Shown piece after piece: positions 35,971 through 40,449 of a DNA stretch of 40,449 bases. The notes beneath the pieces were generated by a model that made no database searches, was not told where the DNA came from, and was given only the letters and a program-made list of their open reading frames with translations. The first letter of the stretch is position 1; the number at the start of each line of letters is the position of its first letter. A program made the translations under genes and the position numbers. The DNA is taken from the sequence record NC_010155.1, one strand, 5' to 3'.

Positions 35971-36674
35971 AACCACTTTGCGATTTTTTTAAAGAAGTTT
36001 ATTATATCACTCACGACGGTGACGTCACTTTGTGGAATTACTAAAATCACTCTTGGAGTCACGATTGTACCCACATCGTCGATATCAAAATAATAAGAGA
36101 AGACAGCGTAAGGATCTGGAGGTGCAGACACAACAGTTCTTGCTTCTTGCTCATACTCGACGACTTCGGCATAATCATAAATGATCGCATACAAATTAAT
36201 GGAACCAGGCTTCACCTCAATTAGACGCCCGCTAAGAGAGACCAGATTGACGAACCCATACTCAGGAACGCAAATCACAGAGTTCGGAGGAAGAGAGAAG
36301 ACAAAACCAACTGTATATCGACCAGAAGGAGGCTTCAGAATCGCTAAAGAATACAAGGGAATATTATTCAAGTCATTAATATAAGACGAGGCACCATTAG
36401 CGAAGTAAACGTCAGCAAAAGCGTTACCGAAAATGTATTGAGGAACAGCGTATTGTTGACCATTAATATTAAGAACTGCACCCCTAAGCAAAGACACGAG
36501 CTTGCGTTCAGACGTTTTATTCACGAAAATCCAAATGACCTCACATTGATTAGGATTATACAAGTAATAAAGGGCAAGACTATCATTCTCCCATAGTTTC
36601 GTAGCACCTTGAGGAATATTCTCAACGACCTTCGTTAACTTTACATCTGCACGAAGATGCCTCATGTTCACCAA
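35967..36674 (-). CDS. Hypothetical beta-rich protein, 235 aa
   Basis: Long ORF with own TATA (TTTATAT); real start may be the internal MRHL. Confidence 0.8.
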   Translation of the reverse strand: MVNMRHLRADVKLTKVVENIPQGATKLWENDSLALYYLYNPNQCEVIWIFVNKTSERKLVSLLRGAVLNINGQQYAVPQYIFGNAFADVYFANGASSYINDLNNIPLYSLAILKPPSGRYTVGFVFSLPPNSVICVPEYGFVNLVSLSGRLIEVKPGSINLYAIIYDYAEVVEYEQEARTVVSAPPDPYAVFSYYFDIDDVGTIVTPRVILVIPQSDVTVVSDIINFFKKIAKWF

Positions 36675-36722
36675 ATAAAATATAAACTCCTAGAAAGTAA
36701 AAAAGATTGTGGGTAAACGAGA

Positions 36723-37007
36723 ATGGTAAGCTTATTCCACTTCAAGAAAGAGATTAAAACACCAAGATCACTCTTCGTGTCAACAAAAACAGAAATGCCA
36801 CTAGTATTAATGGTAGCAATAGGAAAACATCATGCAGTGGGAATTGGAGAAGTAGGAGATAAATCCGCAACAGTAGAGAAATTCATACCACCATTCGCAC
36901 CTAAGCCAACACCAGAAGAAATAGCAAAAGAATTGCTGAAAAAACTAGATGTACCAAAAGACGAATGGGAAACAATACTAGCAACAAGAAAAGAAATCAC
37001 TTTTTGA
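36723..37007 (+). CDS. Hypothetical protein, 94 aa
   Basis: TATAAA about 40 nt upstream; GTGGG SD. Confidence 0.75.
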   Translation: MVSLFHFKKEIKTPRSLFVSTKTEMPLVLMVAIGKHHAVGIGEVGDKSATVEKFIPPFAPKPTPEEIAKELLKKLDVPKDEWETILATRKEITF

Positions 37008-37632
37008 GCTCTTTCGCCCTCGAGATAGAACACATTATCTCGAACATATTCTCCCAGGATAATAAGTACTTGGGATTACCATGAAAAAGAAATACTGACT
37101 CGATATCATCAACAACAACCTCATTCCCATAGTACACTTTACCGTCTCTGACAACGAACTTAGAAGGATAACGAGCCATAAGACAAGCAATGTGATACTT
37201 GTAAGGTGTAACATTAGGATCCAAAGTAATCGTAGCATAAACTGGTTCACAGTAAAAATATTCACCGTCGAGTTCGTACATTGCAACAGAATTGTCAAGA
37301 AGCTTAACAAAATCAGCACCCAACAAATAAAGAACTCTACATGGATAACCAACAGAATTCATTGCAAGCTTCTTTGCATTCTGCACTGACGTAAAGCGTA
37401 CTACTGGAAATGGAGAAAATAACGATATATCGTGATAATCATAAACACAACCCTTCAAGACTTCCATAGCATACAAAATGAGTTCATTACCAGATTTATT
37501 AGTCGAGAGATCAACCATCGCAACAAAGTTATCTGGCAACGTCGACCCATAATAATATGTGAACCCCGAAGGAGTAATTATACCACCATAATATACATCA
37601 CGTGAAGCAAGAAGTACGGGGACAGTAGTCAT
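36997..37632 (-). CDS. Cassette copy 1 gene C, 211 aa, possible degenerate ART fold
   Basis: Paralogue of 38557..39180; YYYGS, FTS...A..LA, GNEVVV. Confidence 0.85.
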   Translation of the reverse strand: MTTVPVLLASRDVYYGGIITPSGFTYYYGSTLPDNFVAMVDLSTNKSGNELILYAMEVLKGCVYDYHDISLFSPFPVVRFTSVQNAKKLAMNSVGYPCRVLYLLGADFVKLLDNSVAMYELDGEYFYCEPVYATITLDPNVTPYKYHIACLMARYPSKFVVRDGKVYYGNEVVVDDIESVFLFHGNPKYLLSWENMFEIMCSISRAKELKK

Positions 37633-38333
37633 ATTTTCGCCTCCAACGTCTTTCTCATATTTTTTATACGTTCCTCACTCGTAACTTCACGATAAACTGG
37701 AACTACCATATCAAACAACTGCAGAAGATCTTTACCCTTTATCTTGTACTTAGTGCTCGAGACGGGGAATTTATAGCAACGAACCTCCAATTCTCTCAGG
37801 TATTTTATAGCACCATAATTATAAAGCTTACCATTGACAATACCAGATAATTCTGACCTAACTAGGAAATAATCGTCTGGTGCACAATACTTAGGATCAT
37901 ATTTAGCAACGAGAATAACGGGCTTTGAAGAATCAATAGCAAACAAAAGAGCAGACGCAGGTAAATAAGACCAATAGGTCAAATATGTATCCTTACCACC
38001 AACAAGATGAACAATACCACCACTAGTATAGAAACTATAGTTGTTGTTCTCCACGTAATCTAATGACGTACCACGATAAATTAAAGCACCTTGGAGCGAA
38101 ATGGAATTCCACTCGTTAACGAGGTCATAAATCTCCTTAAACACGTAACCATCAAACTTAGGAGATGCTGAAGGGTCATTAAGTAGTAAATCGTGAAAAG
38201 TATTATTCATTAAATTAACGACATCAGAGGGTAAAGCATAATCAATACTATGATAATAAGGGAGAAGATAATATACTTTCTTCATTAAAGGCAACTTCAT
38301 AATGACGTCAGCAACGACGTCAGTAGGTAACAT
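37629..38333 (-). CDS. Cassette copy 1 gene B, 234 aa, putative R-S-E ADP-ribosyltransferase
   Basis: LIYR87G, TYWS122YLPASALLFA, PVILVAKY, RE181LE183V. Gene is confident; function is from motifs. Confidence 0.75.
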   Translation of the reverse strand: MLPTDVVADVIMKLPLMKKVYYLLPYYHSIDYALPSDVVNLMNNTFHDLLLNDPSASPKFDGYVFKEIYDLVNEWNSISLQGALIYRGTSLDYVENNNYSFYTSGGIVHLVGGKDTYLTYWSYLPASALLFAIDSSKPVILVAKYDPKYCAPDDYFLVRSELSGIVNGKLYNYGAIKYLRELEVRCYKFPVSSTKYKIKGKDLLQLFDMVVPVYREVTSEERIKNMRKTLEAKI

Positions 38334-38520
38334 TATAACCCAACTCGTGCAAAACTTCCACTATTTTCTTGAAAGCGTATTCGTAATCTTTACCAGTATT
38401 CTCAATAAACATTTCAATCATGAGATTTAGCACGTGGCGATCAACAGCGTAACCAACAATATAACGTGACGACTTAAGAGTTTCAATCATATTTCGAACA
38501 AATTCGAATTCGTCAACCAT
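38320..38520 (-). CDS. Cassette copy 1 gene A, 66 aa helical protein
   Basis: Leaderless start; paralogue of 39871..40068 (EVLHELGYNV shared). Confidence 0.85.
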   Translation of the reverse strand: MVDEFEFVRNMIETLKSSRYIVGYAVDRHVLNLMIEMFIENTGKDYEYAFKKIVEVLHELGYNVTY

Positions 38521-38550
38521 GTGTTAAATGAATGAAAAGGAGACTTAAAA
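38518..38550 (-). promoter_or_regulatory. Cassette promoter copy 1 (33 bp, identical to 40066-40098)
   Basis: Minus strand TTTTAAGTCTCCTTTTCATTCATTTAACACATG: TATA followed by a leaderless ATG. Confidence 0.85.
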
Positions 38551-38556
38551 ACTTTA

Positions 38557-39180
38557 TCAACGTACTTTAGAAATCGAGCACAATATCTCGAACATATTCT
38601 CCCAGGATAATGCATATTTAGGATTAGCACAACATCTATCCCACGATTTGATATTCTCAATAACAACCTCATTCCCATAGTACACTTTACCGTCTCTAAC
38701 GACAAACTTAGAAGGATAAAGAGCCATGAAACAAGCAATGTGGTATACATAAAAGGTTTGATTGGGATCACTGATTATACTGGACTTTGATGGGGTACAG
38801 TATAAATATTCACCTTCAATCTCATACATTGCAACAGAATTATCAAGATAACGAACAAATTTTGCACCTAACAAGTTAAGAACTTTACATGGATAACCAA
38901 TAGAATTTAATGCAAGTTTTTTTGCATTCTCCCTAGACGTATAACGAACAACTGGAAATCTGAAATATTTTAAAAGATCATTAGAATCATAGATGGTATC
39001 CTTCAAGACTTCCATAGCATATGAAACATACTCGTTACCAGACTTATTGGTAGCAATCTTAACCAATGCAACAAAATTATCTGGTAATGTAGACCCATAG
39101 TAATATGTGTACCCTGAAGGAGTAATTATACCACCAACATATCTACCACGTGAGGCTGAGAGCGTAGGAGCAAATAACAT
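38557..39180 (-). CDS. Cassette copy 2 gene C, 207 aa, possible degenerate ART fold
   Basis: YYYGS, YTS...A..LA, GNEVVI. Confidence 0.85.
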   Translation of the reverse strand: MLFAPTLSASRGRYVGGIITPSGYTYYYGSTLPDNFVALVKIATNKSGNEYVSYAMEVLKDTIYDSNDLLKYFRFPVVRYTSRENAKKLALNSIGYPCKVLNLLGAKFVRYLDNSVAMYEIEGEYLYCTPSKSSIISDPNQTFYVYHIACFMALYPSKFVVRDGKVYYGNEVVIENIKSWDRCCANPKYALSWENMFEILCSISKVR

Positions 39181-39881
39181 TATTTCACCTCAAGACCTTT
39201 ACGAATTCTCTCAACTTCTTCTTCATCCATATATTGACGATAAACTGGAACTACCATATTAAACAGATCTAGGAGATCTTTACCCTTCAGCATATACTTA
39301 GTATTCGCAACGGGAAACTTGTAGCAACGAACTTCCATTTCTCTTAAATACTTTATAGCACCATGGTTATAAGGCTTATCATCAATAATACCAGTAAACT
39401 CATCAAGAATGGAAAAGTAATTATCTGGAGCACAATACTTGGGATCATACTTAGCAACTAGAAGAACTGGTCTACTAGCCTGGGAAGCGAAAATTAAAGC
39501 GGAAGCGGGAAAATAAGACCAAAAAGTTAGGAATTTACTATCACCATGAATAACTCTAAAAAATCCACCACTAGTATAGAAATCACGATCAAGATTTTCC
39601 ACATAGTCTAATGACGTACCACGATAAATTAAAGCGTTATCGAGAGAAGTTGAATTCCATTGAGAAATTATGTCATATATTTCTCGAAATTTATAACCAT
39701 CAAACTTAGGTTTCAACGTAAAATCCTGAATCAATATATTATGAAAAACAGAATCAATAGCATATAGAACATCGTCTGGTATAACATCCTCTATACTGTA
39801 ATAATAATAGAAAGATGCGTAAACTTTCTTCATAAAAGGCATCTTATTCATAACATCAACAACAACTTCATTAGGCAACAT
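39180..39881 (-). CDS. Cassette copy 2 gene B, 233 aa, putative R-S-E ADP-ribosyltransferase
   Basis: LIYRG, TFWSYFPASALIFA, PVLLVAKY, REMEV. Start moved to MLPNE (39881 = 38333 + 1548). Confidence 0.75.
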   Translation of the reverse strand: MLPNEVVVDVMNKMPFMKKVYASFYYYYSIEDVIPDDVLYAIDSVFHNILIQDFTLKPKFDGYKFREIYDIISQWNSTSLDNALIYRGTSLDYVENLDRDFYTSGGFFRVIHGDSKFLTFWSYFPASALIFASQASRPVLLVAKYDPKYCAPDNYFSILDEFTGIIDDKPYNHGAIKYLREMEVRCYKFPVANTKYMLKGKDLLDLFNMVVPVYRQYMDEEEVERIRKGLEVK

Positions 39882-40068
39882 TGTAACCCAACTCATGTAA
39901 AACTTCTGTCACTTTCTTGAAGGCGTATTCAAAATCATGTCCAGTCTCCTCAATAAACATTTCAACCATACGTTCCAATGTATGTGAATCAACCGTATAA
40001 CCTTGAATATCATGTGTTGATTTTAAAACAAGAAGCATTTTTTGAACAAGTTCGAACTCATCGGTCAT
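39871..40068 (-). CDS. Cassette copy 2 gene A, 65 aa helical protein
   Basis: Paralogue of 38320..38520. Confidence 0.85.
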   Translation of the reverse strand: MTDEFELVQKMLLVLKSTHDIQGYTVDSHTLERMVEMFIEETGHDFEYAFKKVTEVLHELGYNVA

Positions 40069-40098
40069 GTGTTAAATGAATGAAAAGGAGACTTAAAA
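40066..40098 (-). promoter_or_regulatory. Cassette promoter copy 2
   Basis: Identical 33-mer to 38518-38550. Confidence 0.85.
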
Positions 40099-40161
40099 GT
40101 TTTACCAAATAAATTGTAATAAAAATACAAACGATAGAACAAAAAATAAGATAGAGAGAGC

Positions 40162-40449
40162 AAATGACATAGGGTACGAAGACAAGAGATACGAGGAACG
40201 AGAAAATGAGAACGAGAGAACTAGATACGGAAACAATGACATAGGGTACGAAGAAACGGGAAACGGGAAATGAAAGAATGAGAAACGGGAAATGAGATAC
40301 CATACCCCCATATGGTAACATATCAAAATGTATCTTCTTAATAAGAGGCAATGACTTAGGGTACTATATACTAATTAAATTTGTACTAGATGTTACGTGT
40401 ATTGTGTAGATACTTTATGTTGTGTGTAGTATCCTCATACTTGATGTTA
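40162..40449. repeat. Right inverted terminal repeat (288 bp)
   Basis: Exact reverse complement of 1-288. Confidence 0.97.

Noticed and set aside
1-40449. CRISPR array, tRNA/rRNA, integrase, transposase or DNA polymerase
   Set aside because: No repeat-spacer periodicity, cloverleaf or diagnostic motifs seen; the repeat arrays found lack unique spacers of constant length between conserved repeats.

Overview
This window is an essentially complete linear dsDNA genome of a crenarchaeal filamentous virus (Lipothrixviridae, Betalipothrixvirus). It has a perfect 288-bp inverted terminal repeat (ITR), the paired major capsid protein (MCP) genes, two SF2 helicases and a Cas4-like nuclease. It also carries four glycosyltransferases, a CX5R phosphatase, a SAM methyltransferase and a DUF1874/AcrIII-1 ring nuclease. 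Length and gene content match my recollection of Acidianus filamentous virus 3 (AFV3); I could not verify this by search. I found no tRNA, rRNA, CRISPR array, integrase or DNA polymerase. Top lead: an exactly 1548-bp-offset tandem duplication at the right end. Each copy is a three-gene operon: a small helical protein, a protein with full R-S-E ADP-ribosyltransferase (ART) motifs, and a second, more degenerate ART-like protein. Other leads: two copies of an uncharacterised QGx...HxxH...D-COOH domain with a possible DUF6745-like partner; a virus-encoded Aap-type pilin next to the anti-CRISPR gene; an orphan Panacea-type antitoxin among three tandem ribbon-helix-helix (RHH) regulators; a minimal primase (AEP) or HUH-like protein behind an apparently frameshifted gene; a trypsin-like protease; an Sm/Hfq-like protein; an ORF apparently started by ACG; and a mirror-symmetric strand skew. 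All functional calls rest on motifs read by eye, not on database searches.
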